From a virus (lineage: Duplodnaviria; Caudoviricetes): a stretch of DNA of 45,394 nucleotides. This document shows positions 36,270 through 44,537 of the stretch, piece after piece. The notes beneath the pieces were generated by a model, which made no database searches, had not been told where the DNA came from, and was given only the letters and a program-made list of their open reading frames with translations. The DNA is taken from positions 1 through 45,394 of IMG/VR virus record IMGVR_UViG_3300043036_000147. One strand, written 5' to 3'. The translations under genes were made by a program, and so were the position numbers. How positions within the stretch are numbered: position 1 is the first letter of the stretch; each line of letters opens with the position of its first letter.

Positions 36270-37260
36270 CGTAGTGCTTGGTCACGACCGAGACTGAGTC
36301 GCCAAGCATGCCAGCAATGTCGAACAGCGATACGCCGCGACGAGCGGCATTCGTGGCCCAGGTCCTGCGCAAATCGTGTGGTGTGTATTCGTTGAATGCG
36401 GCGTTGCCGGTATCCTTGGCAAGCCTCTGCATCAGCGCCACCCACGCCGGATACACAGAGGCATCGCTACCCAGGACAAAATCGTTTTTCACGTCGTCAT
36501 TGAGCAGGCTTCGCATGGCTGACATCCTTGCTTTCAATCGAGTGCTCATTGGCACAGCAACACGCCGCTTGACGCTGCGCCTCTTGCCATCGCTGAAGTC
36601 AATCAGCGATCGCTGCAAATCGACCTGACGCCAGCACAAAGATTCAACGGCCTCTCGACGCGATGCCGTCTCGAAGGCGATGATGACGAAGTCCAGAAGC
36701 CGACCGTCTGCTTTTGATAGGATGAGTTCCATGTGGGCTGTCGGTATCACCACGTCGCGCGCCTCACCGTCAGATGGGCGAGTGATGTGAGGAAATGAGG
36801 CGGCTGGCATTCTGCGCTGCCTCACCGCATGGTTGAGGCACGCTATCAGCACGGTCAGCTCACGCCTGACGGTGGAGTCATTGGCGGTGCGTCTGCCGTG
36901 CAGTCCCTGGGCACGCTCGCGACCGTAGCGAAGCATGGCTGAGGCATCGAGAAGCTCAGGGCTCATGGTGCCAAAGGCGCACTTTAGGTTGGCCACAATG
37001 ATGGCGGTTCGCTCGTGGCTAGGACCGCCGTCGATTTGCTCATCAAAGTAGATGTCAAGCAGGGAGCTGACGTTCCATGTTTCGCCCGTTGGAGATGGCA
37101 GGTGACGAGTGCGCAACCAGTTTGCGTAAAAGGTGGCTGCCTCGGTGTGATCCTTGGTGGCTGTGGAGATACGTTTGCTTCTGCCGTTGTCGGTCCACAC
37201 GATCGTGTAGTAGCCGAATGCGTTTTGTTGGAGTCTTGGTTTGGATGCGTGTCTTGCCAT
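36229..37260 (-). CDS. int: Tyrosine recombinase / integrase
   Basis: N-terminal arm-binding-like segment (YYTIVWTDNGRSKRIST), TASRREAV (Arg), PHDLRRT (HxxR), LGDS, KHYAKH (Tyr); start re-called at ATG 37260. Confidence 0.9.
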   Translation of the reverse strand: MARHASKPRLQQNAFGYYTIVWTDNGRSKRISTATKDHTEAATFYANWLRTRHLPSPTGETWNVSSLLDIYFDEQIDGGPSHERTAIIVANLKCAFGTMSPELLDASAMLRYGRERAQGLHGRRTANDSTVRRELTVLIACLNHAVRQRRMPAASFPHITRPSDGEARDVVIPTAHMELILSKADGRLLDFVIIAFETASRREAVESLCWRQVDLQRSLIDFSDGKRRSVKRRVAVPMSTRLKARMSAMRSLLNDDVKNDFVLGSDASVYPAWVALMQRLAKDTGNAAFNEYTPHDLRRTWATNAARRGVSLFDIAGMLGDSVSVVTKHYAKHHPDYLRGAVQ

Positions 37261-37396
37261 AATGTGTTTGGGTTGTGTTGGGACAGTTACCTTGGCGACA
37301 ACTTGCCAGAATGCAAGCAAAACTTTTCTTCCATCGTGATGGGCAGATGCAAATTGCATTTGGTCAACGCCAAATGCGTGATAAATTGGAAGCTCT
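37261..37396. promoter_or_regulatory. Divergent control region between int and the HTH gene
   Basis: Palindromes CCATC-GT-GATGG, ATGCAA-A-TTGCAT, GCATTTGG-N6-CCAAATGC and TGGC-N8-GCCA; candidate -35/-10 elements on both strands. Confidence 0.55.
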
Positions 37397-37642
37397 ATGC
37401 TTCCAGAAAACCGCGTCTCCAATCTCATCTACTATCTCGGCGGTCGCGCCGGGTTTCACCGCGTTGCCTCCACCCTTGGCTCCGACATCTCTCTGTCAAC
37501 CATTGGATCATGGATCACTCGCAACAGTCTGCCAGCCAAATACATGCCGCTATGCAATCAGGTTGCGGTGGCAACCAAACGACCTCCAATCAACTGGTTG
37601 AAGTTTTTTGAACAAAAGGACTTGCCAACACAGGAAGCATAG
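37397..37642 (+). CDS. Cro-like HTH regulator
   Basis: LIYYLGG...ISLSTIGSWITRNSLPAKY pattern; first gene of the replication operon. Confidence 0.65.
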   Translation: MLPENRVSNLIYYLGGRAGFHRVASTLGSDISLSTIGSWITRNSLPAKYMPLCNQVAVATKRPPINWLKFFEQKDLPTQEA

Positions 37643-37696
37643 TTCATCACTCAAAACACTCCAACCACACGGAGTCAACACAACACAACACACATC

Positions 37697-38554
37697 ATGT
37701 CACTCATCATCAAAGCAGACGCTCGTCGTGCAGCACAAAAAACACGACCCATCAAGGCCGCTATCTTCGGAGCTTCTGGCACCGGCAAGACCACCCAGGC
37801 TCGCACACTGGACCCAAAGAAGACACTGTTCATTGACCTCGAAGCCGGGACCCTAGCGGTCGATGGCTGGGACGGTGACGTGGTCAGCGTTCGCGACGTT
37901 GCCGCAGCTCTCAATGTCCACCCATGGGAAGTCGCCCAGGCGCTTGCCCTGTATATGGGAGGACCTGATCCAGCCACCGCCGATCGCGACAACGACAGAT
38001 ACAACCGTGCTTACTACGAGCAAATCGTGGCGGTCTTTGGTCAGGACATCGACCTGACCAAATACGACACGATCTTCATCGACTCCATCACCGAGGTCAG
38101 CCGTCAATGCTTCGCCTTCTGCAAGACGCAGCCTGCGGCATTCTCGCCAAAGACCGGTGAGCCAGACACTCGCAGCGCCTACGGCATCCTTGGGCAGGAA
38201 ATGGTGCGCTGGCTCAAGCACTTGCAGCACGCTCCGTTCTCCGTCATCGTTGTTGGCATCCTGAACGAGGAGAAGGACGATCTGGGTCGCAAGTCGTTCG
38301 TGCCACAGGTCGAGGGTGCTAAGACAGCCAACGAGCTCCCTGGCATCTTTGACCTTGTGCTGACGCTCACCTCTGACAAGGACAGCGGTCGTCAGTTCGT
38401 ATGCCACCAGAACAATCCCCTGAAGTATCCGGCCAAGGATCGCAGTGGCACCCTTGATCTGCATGAGCCAGCCCACCTCGGCAAGCTCCTTGACAAGGTC
38501 AAGGCAGGCAAGCGTCTCGACATCAATCTTGACCCTCTCACGAAGGCGGAGTAG
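37697..38554 (+). CDS. AAA_24 / Sak4-like ATPase (recombinase)
   Basis: GASGTGKT, FIDLEAG, IFIDSIT and AKDRSG motifs; adjacent to SSB. Confidence 0.85.
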   Translation: MSLIIKADARRAAQKTRPIKAAIFGASGTGKTTQARTLDPKKTLFIDLEAGTLAVDGWDGDVVSVRDVAAALNVHPWEVAQALALYMGGPDPATADRDNDRYNRAYYEQIVAVFGQDIDLTKYDTIFIDSITEVSRQCFAFCKTQPAAFSPKTGEPDTRSAYGILGQEMVRWLKHLQHAPFSVIVVGILNEEKDDLGRKSFVPQVEGAKTANELPGIFDLVLTLTSDKDSGRQFVCHQNNPLKYPAKDRSGTLDLHEPAHLGKLLDKVKAGKRLDINLDPLTKAE

Positions 38555-38638
38555 TATCGACACCCACAATCACCGAGGGGCGGCGGTTTTTACCGCCCCA
38601 AACCACACACACAACACACCAACACCGCAATACCTAGT

Positions 38639-39406
38639 ATGAACTCACTCTTCAATCCATCCTCCGGCGCTGACAGCACCAAAGAACTCCTCCCTGACGG
38701 CACCTTGGCATTTGCCGTTGTCAGCATGTCCGACAAAGGACTCGCCAACAGTCAATCCACGGGTGGCGAATACGCCAACCTCGTCATCACTCTTGATGGC
38801 CCAGCACCCATCGGCAAGCGCAAGGTCTTCCACATGCTCGCCAACCCACTCGACACTGACAACAGTGAAGCGTGGCGCAAGATGGCGATCAGCGCAATCA
38901 CTCGCATCCTGGAAGCCTGCGGCACCTTCGATTACGAGTCCCCAGATTCCTACAAAATCTTCGACTTTGAAGGTGTCAGCTTCAGCCACATGCTGGAGCA
39001 CATCGAAGGCCAAAGCATTGCTGTCGAAGTCGGCATTCAAAAAGGGCAGGATGGCCACTCCGACAAGAACGTCATCAAGACGTTCCTCACTCCCTCCCAG
39101 GAGAAGAGCAGTAAGCGTGGTCGTCAGCTTTGGGACCTTCTCATGACCGGCGCAACCACGTCGAAGGTCGAGAAGAAGGTGGTGCCCGCTGCCGCCGCAC
39201 CTGCCGTCACGCCGAAGCCAGCCTCTGGCCCAGCCGCAATGGCGAAAGCCTCAGTTGGAGTCGGTGGCGGCATCGGTGGTGCCAAGCCTTCCGGTGGCAT
39301 TGGTGCCCCCAAGTGGGCCAATCGCCCTGCCACGCCAGTGGCCGCCAAGCCTGAGGCTGCGGCTGCTGAAGCGGTCCAGGAGCAGGTGATGCAGGGCGGC
39401 GAATAG
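38639..39406 (+). CDS. ssDNA-binding protein (DUF669-like)
   Basis: OB-fold-like N-terminus (LLPDGT...KRKVF...DKNVIK) and low-complexity tail with PKWA; follows the Sak4-like gene. Confidence 0.7.
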   Translation: MNSLFNPSSGADSTKELLPDGTLAFAVVSMSDKGLANSQSTGGEYANLVITLDGPAPIGKRKVFHMLANPLDTDNSEAWRKMAISAITRILEACGTFDYESPDSYKIFDFEGVSFSHMLEHIEGQSIAVEVGIQKGQDGHSDKNVIKTFLTPSQEKSSKRGRQLWDLLMTGATTSKVEKKVVPAAAAPAVTPKPASGPAAMAKASVGVGGGIGGAKPSGGIGAPKWANRPATPVAAKPEAAAAEAVQEQVMQGGE

Positions 39407-39413
39407 CCTTCAG

Positions 39414-39554
39414 CCCCTGGCAATGCGTCAATTCCGATTACCACACCAATTCGGGTTTGCCACAGCGTTGCCAGGGGATTAAATTTCAACGTATCCAGTG
39501 CGTAGGGAAATGTGTTGGTGTGGAAAAGTGTGATCCCTGCGCACTGGATTTTTT
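39414..39554 (+). ncRNA. Candidate structured sRNA: two long hairpins with complementary (kissing) loops
   Basis: Stem 1 39414-39426/39465-39477 (13 bp); stem 2 39493-39508/39534-39549 (16 bp); loop CCACACCAA (39441-39449) pairs with TTGGTGTGG (39515-39523). Confidence 0.65.
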
Positions 39555-39626
39555 GTTGCGGTTCGTATAGAGGAAGTATTCCAGACCGATTTACTGGAGG
39601 CGCGGGTTCGATTCCTGCACTGCAAC
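39555..39626 (+). tRNA. tRNA-like element with a non-canonical anticodon arm (nominal anticodon GAU)
   Basis: Acceptor TTGCGGT/ACTGCAA, D arm GTAT-AGAGGAA-GTAT, anticodon stem CCAG/CTGG with A:A at 31:39 and loop CCGATTT, T arm GCGGG-TTCGATT-CCTGC; no encoded CCA. Confidence 0.7.
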
Positions 39627-39641
39627 AACCTTCCCAACAAC

Positions 39642-39685
39642 ACCCCCGACGCCTCTGACTCAAGCGCACCACGGGGGTTTCTTTT
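39642..39685 (+). terminator. Hairpin with U-rich tail after the tRNA-like element
   Basis: ACCCCCG/CGGGGGT outer stem followed by TTCTTTT. Confidence 0.45.
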
Positions 39686-39705
39686 GCCCGCACGCCAACA
39701 CCATT

Positions 39706-41370
39706 ATGCAACTACGTCCACGTCAAGACATCTTCGTCCGCGCCAATCTCAAGGCGCTTAAGCAGCACAAAAACACCCTCGGCCAAGCCACCGTTGGCTT
39801 CGGCAAAACCATCTGCATCGGTGCCGGTATCGGCATGATTGGTGGCTACCAGCGCAGCCTCACTCTCCAGCACCGCGAGGAGCTGCTGGACCAGAACCTC
39901 ACCAAATTCAAGCGGGTCAACCCTGGCTACCTCACCGCAGCGATGAGCGCGGATGTCAAACGGTGGACACCAGAGGGCCACAACTTCGCGATGGTTCAGA
40001 CCCTGGTGAAGAACCTGGATCGCATGACGCCGGTGGACATCCTGACCATTGACGAGGGTCACCACGCACCGGCCTCGACCTACCGCAAGATCATCGACCG
40101 AGCCCGTGAGCTGAACCCAGACGTCCACCTGTGGCTGCTCACCGCAACGCCTGAGCGTGCTGACGGCAAGGGCTTGCGCGAGGTCGTGGACAATGTGGCC
40201 GACGTCGTGACGCTCGGCGAGATGGTGCAAGCCGGGTTTCTGGTGCGACCACGCACGGTGGTCATCGACCTTGGCATCAACGCGTCATCCATGCGCAAGA
40301 CGACGGCGGACTTCGACATGGACTATGCAGCGCAACTCCTGGACTTGGAGCCAATCACCGAGAAGGTCTTCGAGGAGTGGAAGAAGCAGGCCGGTGATCG
40401 TCGCACGGTGGGCTTTGCCACGAACGTCGAGCACTCCATGCACATGACCGACTACTTCGTGAAGCGTGGCATCACCGCAGAGCACATTGACGGCGAAACA
40501 CCCAAGGATGTTCGGCGCAAAATCCTACAGCGCCTGGATCGTGGCATCACCCAGGTGGTGTGGAACTGCAATGTTCTCACCGAGGGCTTCGACAGCCCGA
40601 GTGTTTCCGCCATCATCCTGCATCGACCATTCATGCACTTGAGCACGATGGTGCAGATGGCCGGTCGAGGGCTACGCACGATCAGTGAGCCGGAGAACTA
40701 CCCAGGCATCATCAAGGACGACTGCATCATCTTCGACTTCGGCGCATCCATCATGGAGCACCGCACGTTGGAGAGCGAATGCAACATTGAAGGGCGCAAG
40801 AAAGGCGGTGAAGCGCCCACCAAGGAGTGCGAGGAATGCGGTGCCGTGATACCTGCAAGCTGCCGCGTGTGCCCGATCTGTCAGCACGCCTTCGAGTTTG
40901 ACGCAAAGCTGAAGACGGCGACCGGAGAGTTCATGATGACCGAGGTGGAACTCATGCAGATGTCGCCTTTTCACTGGGAGACGCTGTGGTCATCGCCCGA
41001 CCCAAACGTCGTGATGGCCAACGCTCTCACCGCATGGTGCTGCCTAATCGAATATGGTGGCATCTGGTTCGCGTATGGTGGCATCCAGGGCAAGAGGGAC
41101 ATCAAGCTGTGCGGCACCAGCCACGACAAAATTCTGGCGATGGTCAAGGCGGACGATTTCCTGCGTGAGCACGGTGACAAGAGCAACAGCCGCAAGTCGC
41201 GATCCTGGTTGACCGATGACGCCAGTGACAAGCAATACGAACTGCTAGGAGAGAAGCCTCCCATCTTTGGGCGCATGTCCAAGTATCGCGCTGCCTGCAT
41301 GATTTCCTGGAAGTGGAACGAGAGCAAAATGCAACAAAGTATTTTTGCGAACTTCAAGAATTTCCGTTGA
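39706..41370 (+). CDS. SF2 (DExH) helicase with Zn finger, RadD/UvsW-like
   Basis: LRPRQ Q-motif, TVGFGKT, DEGHH, LTATP, LTEGFD, QMAGRGLR and CxxC...CxxC. Confidence 0.92.
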   Translation: MQLRPRQDIFVRANLKALKQHKNTLGQATVGFGKTICIGAGIGMIGGYQRSLTLQHREELLDQNLTKFKRVNPGYLTAAMSADVKRWTPEGHNFAMVQTLVKNLDRMTPVDILTIDEGHHAPASTYRKIIDRARELNPDVHLWLLTATPERADGKGLREVVDNVADVVTLGEMVQAGFLVRPRTVVIDLGINASSMRKTTADFDMDYAAQLLDLEPITEKVFEEWKKQAGDRRTVGFATNVEHSMHMTDYFVKRGITAEHIDGETPKDVRRKILQRLDRGITQVVWNCNVLTEGFDSPSVSAIILHRPFMHLSTMVQMAGRGLRTISEPENYPGIIKDDCIIFDFGASIMEHRTLESECNIEGRKKGGEAPTKECEECGAVIPASCRVCPICQHAFEFDAKLKTATGEFMMTEVELMQMSPFHWETLWSSPDPNVVMANALTAWCCLIEYGGIWFAYGGIQGKRDIKLCGTSHDKILAMVKADDFLREHGDKSNSRKSRSWLTDDASDKQYELLGEKPPIFGRMSKYRAACMISWKWNESKMQQSIFANFKNFR

Positions 41371-41441
41371 CTGAATGCCTTTAAGCGGTATCACGCATCG
41401 CCCTATGGCAACCACACACACCCACACCACCACAGTCACAC

Positions 41442-41699
41442 ATGCACTCGCGCACCTCATCCAAGGAACAGCCGCCAGCAAATAGCAAGAAGTCCATCAA
41501 AGTTGCCATTGCAGAAGCCAGCAATGTCAAGATGACGGAGATCACACTTGACCAGTATCACCAACTCCTGCGCAACACCATCCGGCTGGATGCCCTGGAG
41601 CGCAACGGAGTCGAAGGATGGAGCGGTTACGATGCCGCTTTTGACAGCGTCTATGACGACGCATGTATTGAAAAACTGCCAGTGAAATTTCTCGACTGA
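41442..41699 (+). CDS. Hypothetical protein
   Basis: LDALERNGVEGWSGYD motif; CA-rich leader. Confidence 0.65.
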   Translation: MHSRTSSKEQPPANSKKSIKVAIAEASNVKMTEITLDQYHQLLRNTIRLDALERNGVEGWSGYDAAFDSVYDDACIEKLPVKFLD

Positions 41700-41705
41700 A
41701 CCATT

Positions 41706-41948
41706 ATGAATCAACAACTAGAACAACTCAAAACCGAACTCCGCGAGTTTATCGAATTGTCGAAGACTTACATGATAATGGATAAATCAATCCGCAACAT
41801 CTCGCCAGCAATGGCGGAGTGTTTGCTAGTGGCAATAGATGGCATTGAAACAAGCCTTGTTTATGCTCATTTTATTGAAAAAACTGACATCGAAGCTCTG
41901 CAAAGAACTATCCAACAAATCCTCAACATCTGGGAGGCATCGAAATGA
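41706..41948 (+). CDS. Hypothetical protein
   Basis: 80-aa ORF, tightly packed. Confidence 0.6.
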   Translation: MNQQLEQLKTELREFIELSKTYMIMDKSIRNISPAMAECLLVAIDGIETSLVYAHFIEKTDIEALQRTIQQILNIWEASK

Positions 41949-42262
41949 CACAAGAACAAAAACAAATCAAGCTGGCTGAGGCTGCGGGTTGGAGACTTTT
42001 TTCACCATTTAAAAATCTTTGGGCACCGCCAAAACATGTTGTTGAGTATGAATGTGATGCATATCCCCTGCCCGATTTCTTCAACGACCTCAACGCGGTG
42101 CATGGGTTAGAGAAGGTGCTTGGTCCAAAAGGCCAATGGGAACTTTACGAAAAAGAAGTCGTAAAACTAACCGGCGGATGGGGTCAGGCTATGCACGCCA
42201 CCGCAGCCCAACGTGCCGAAGCTCTCGGTTTAACATTATCTTTATGGGAGGCAGCACAATGA
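41945..42262 (+). CDS. Hypothetical protein (phage ABA-sandwich-like); paralog of 44534-44899
   Basis: LPDFFNDLNAVHGLEKVL...ATAAQRAEAL. Confidence 0.65.
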   Translation: MTQEQKQIKLAEAAGWRLFSPFKNLWAPPKHVVEYECDAYPLPDFFNDLNAVHGLEKVLGPKGQWELYEKEVVKLTGGWGQAMHATAAQRAEALGLTLSLWEAAQ

Positions 42263-42378
42263 TCAGCGAAATCATCATCTTCACTTTCGGAATTTTTGTC
42301 ACTTCTGCGGTATGCATGAACCGCTACTGCGAAATGAAAGAATGGATTCACACTCACTCAGATAAATACAGACCATGA
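42259..42378 (+). CDS. Small membrane protein
   Basis: ATGA-coupled on both sides; MISEIIIFTFGIFVTSAVC. Confidence 0.5.
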   Translation: MISEIIIFTFGIFVTSAVCMNRYCEMKEWIHTHSDKYRP

Positions 42379-43007
42379 GAAACATCAACCTCCCCAAAAC
42401 AAAAGTCTTCATCCGCTGTGACGCTTTCGGTGGTGCAGATAACGAATTTGAACCAGCTTGGCTCGTTTCAGTTCGCGCAATGCGTAACCGACCTTTTTGC
42501 TTCCAGGCATGGATTGAAAAATACGCCGCATGCTATGACAAAATCCCGCCTCAGTGCGTCTATTGGTATGAACCTGAAGAAGATCACAAGCAGCTACCTC
42601 TGCACAAAGTTCAGATGTGGGAATGCTTGTCAGGTTCCATTGAACTCTGGCGCAAGGATCAGTTGAGCGACGTGCCAGTTTTGGTTAACCTTGGCAATGG
42701 CAATCCACCCATCGGCGGCCACTACTGGTTCACCATTGACCATCTACCAGAAGGACAATCATCTGGCCTCCTGGACATCGGCGATTCTGAACTGCTCGAA
42801 GAGCACAAAGAAGGCAACGTCATCAAGCTCAGCAACGGTCAGATTGCGATCTACCCGAACAACCGCATCAAATGGATGCCGATGTCGCTGACCGGCAAGG
42901 ACGCGGCCTCAACCATTCCACCGTGGAGCGTGGCCACGAACGCCCAATGGGATGAATGGTGGTCTGATTCTGACGAAGTGCTTGGCGATTCCAAGTGGGC
43001 TTACTGA
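42375..43007 (+). CDS. Conserved hypothetical protein
   Basis: 210-aa Trp-rich ORF with NGQIAIYPNNRIKW motif. Confidence 0.75.
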   Translation: MRNINLPKTKVFIRCDAFGGADNEFEPAWLVSVRAMRNRPFCFQAWIEKYAACYDKIPPQCVYWYEPEEDHKQLPLHKVQMWECLSGSIELWRKDQLSDVPVLVNLGNGNPPIGGHYWFTIDHLPEGQSSGLLDIGDSELLEEHKEGNVIKLSNGQIAIYPNNRIKWMPMSLTGKDAASTIPPWSVATNAQWDEWWSDSDEVLGDSKWAY

Positions 43008-43019
43008 GGACACATCAAC

Positions 43020-43199
43020 ATGGACACACCCATCATTGACCTCGGTAATGTCACAGTTCAGACCGACTTCTGGCTCACCAGCATGCAGGACCAGGACACC
43101 TGGGAATCTATGCGACGTGAGATCAAGCTGAACGCTTCACCAACGTGCTGCGCACCCACATGCTCAGCGCTTCAGCCTCACTCAGGCCAACGGCCTTAG
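43020..43199 (+). CDS. Possible 59-aa hypothetical protein (not in ORF track)
   Basis: ATG after CACATCAAC leader; 3' end overlaps the antisense HTH ORF. Confidence 0.35.
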   Translation: MDTPIIDLGNVTVQTDFWLTSMQDQDTWESMRREIKLNASPTCCAPTCSALQPHSGQRP

Positions 43200-43296
43200 C
43201 AATCACCGGCCAGCGCATTCTCTCATTGCGCAGCTTGACAATCTTCTTGAGCAGCGCTTCAGGGGATCGGTCATCGACCACAATCACTTCAGGCAT
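43123..43296 (-). CDS. Small HTH DNA-binding protein on the opposite strand
   Basis: LLKKIVKLRNERMRWPVIAKAVGLSEAEALSMW is a clear HTH pattern; start at ATG 43296 or 43305. Confidence 0.55.
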   Translation of the reverse strand: MPEVIVVDDRSPEALLKKIVKLRNERMRWPVIAKAVGLSEAEALSMWVRSTLVKRSA

Positions 43297-43303
43297 TTTC
43301 CAC

Positions 43304-44305
43304 ATGAACGACACTAGCACACCAGACGAACCCAGCAAGCAGGCACCAACGAAAAAGGAGATCGCTGCGGCAGAAAAAGCTGCGGCAGCAGAGGCGAAGC
43401 GAATCGCCAAGGAGCAAGCAGCCGCCGAGAAGGCGGAGGCTAAAGCCCTGGCTGACAAGGCCAAGGAGGAGGCAAAGGCAGTAGCCTTGGCCGAGAAGCT
43501 AGCAGCCAAGGAGATCAAGCAGCCCTTCGACACCGGGATGAACGTGATCCTGGATGACATGCTGGTCAAATTCGCTGACCTGAAGCGGTCAGAACCGAAG
43601 CGCAGCTACCTTGGGGCATCATCCTGGGGCAAGGAGTGTAAGCGTGAGCTGGCCTATGGCTGGCACCGCGTCGAGCCAGACAAGCCACCATTCAGCCCAG
43701 AGCTGTTCGCGATCTTCGCGATGGGTCATGCCGGTGAACCAGTCGTGGTCGAGATGATGCGAACCATGTTCACCATCGTCACCGAGAAGATGGACGGCAA
43801 GCAGTTCGCCTTCTACGCTCTTGGCGGCAAGTTGTCGGGCCACTGCGACGGCATCATCACCGATGGACCTAGCCACAAGGCAGACGGCACACCGCTGGTG
43901 TATCCCATGATCTGGGAGAACAAGATGCTCAATGCCAAGTCTTGGAAGAAAACTCGCGTGGATGGCATCAAGAAGTCCAAGCCAATCTACTACGCGCAGG
44001 TCAACTCATACGGTGCCTACTTTGACGTCGAGAATGGCGGCATCATCTCTTGCATGAACCGCGACTCTGGGGAACTCTACATCGAGCATATCCCATTTGA
44101 TGCGCTCAACGCCCAGGAGAGCAGCGACCGTGCTCTTGATGTCATCCAGAGCGAATCGCCTGAGGAGTTCCCTCGCATCCACGATGATCCAGAATGGTGG
44201 CAATGCACTTACTGCGATTATCGCTTGCGATGCCACGACATCAAGGCTCCGATGCAAATGACTCTTCCAAACTTCCCAAGCCCCACCAACCATGCCACTC
44301 ACTGA
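43304..44305 (+). CDS. Cas4-like PD-(D/E)XK exonuclease
   Basis: YLGASSWGKEC, GHCDG, WENK, YAQVNSY and CTYCDYRLRC (four-Cys Fe-S pattern); N-terminal AEK-rich helix; start re-called at ATG 43304. Confidence 0.85.
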   Translation: MNDTSTPDEPSKQAPTKKEIAAAEKAAAAEAKRIAKEQAAAEKAEAKALADKAKEEAKAVALAEKLAAKEIKQPFDTGMNVILDDMLVKFADLKRSEPKRSYLGASSWGKECKRELAYGWHRVEPDKPPFSPELFAIFAMGHAGEPVVVEMMRTMFTIVTEKMDGKQFAFYALGGKLSGHCDGIITDGPSHKADGTPLVYPMIWENKMLNAKSWKKTRVDGIKKSKPIYYAQVNSYGAYFDVENGGIISCMNRDSGELYIEHIPFDALNAQESSDRALDVIQSESPEEFPRIHDDPEWWQCTYCDYRLRCHDIKAPMQMTLPNFPSPTNHATH

Positions 44306-44537
44306 AGACCTCTTTGAAAACGACTTTAGCAAGTGCGTCGAAAGCCTGACAAAGGTTGCCAAGCGCAGGTTGCCGCCATCATGCAACACGCCGATGGCCG
44401 ACATCCCGGCTCACAAAAGGGACAAGGTCCACGCCAAGCGTTCACTGCGAGACTACATCTTGTCGGCACGATTCGCAGTGAAGACCGCAAAGAAACACGC
44501 CAAGCAGGCAATGCAAGAAGGGGACCGGCAACCATGA
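44292..44537 (+). CDS. Hypothetical protein
   Basis: 81-aa ORF overlapping both neighbours. Confidence 0.55.
   Translation: MPLTEDLFENDFSKCVESLTKVAKRRLPPSCNTPMADIPAHKRDKVHAKRSLRDYILSARFAVKTAKKHAKQAMQEGDRQP

Noticed and set aside
43304-44305. CRISPR-Cas system
   Set aside because: This is a solo Cas4-like exonuclease in a recombination module; I found no repeat-spacer array or other cas genes.
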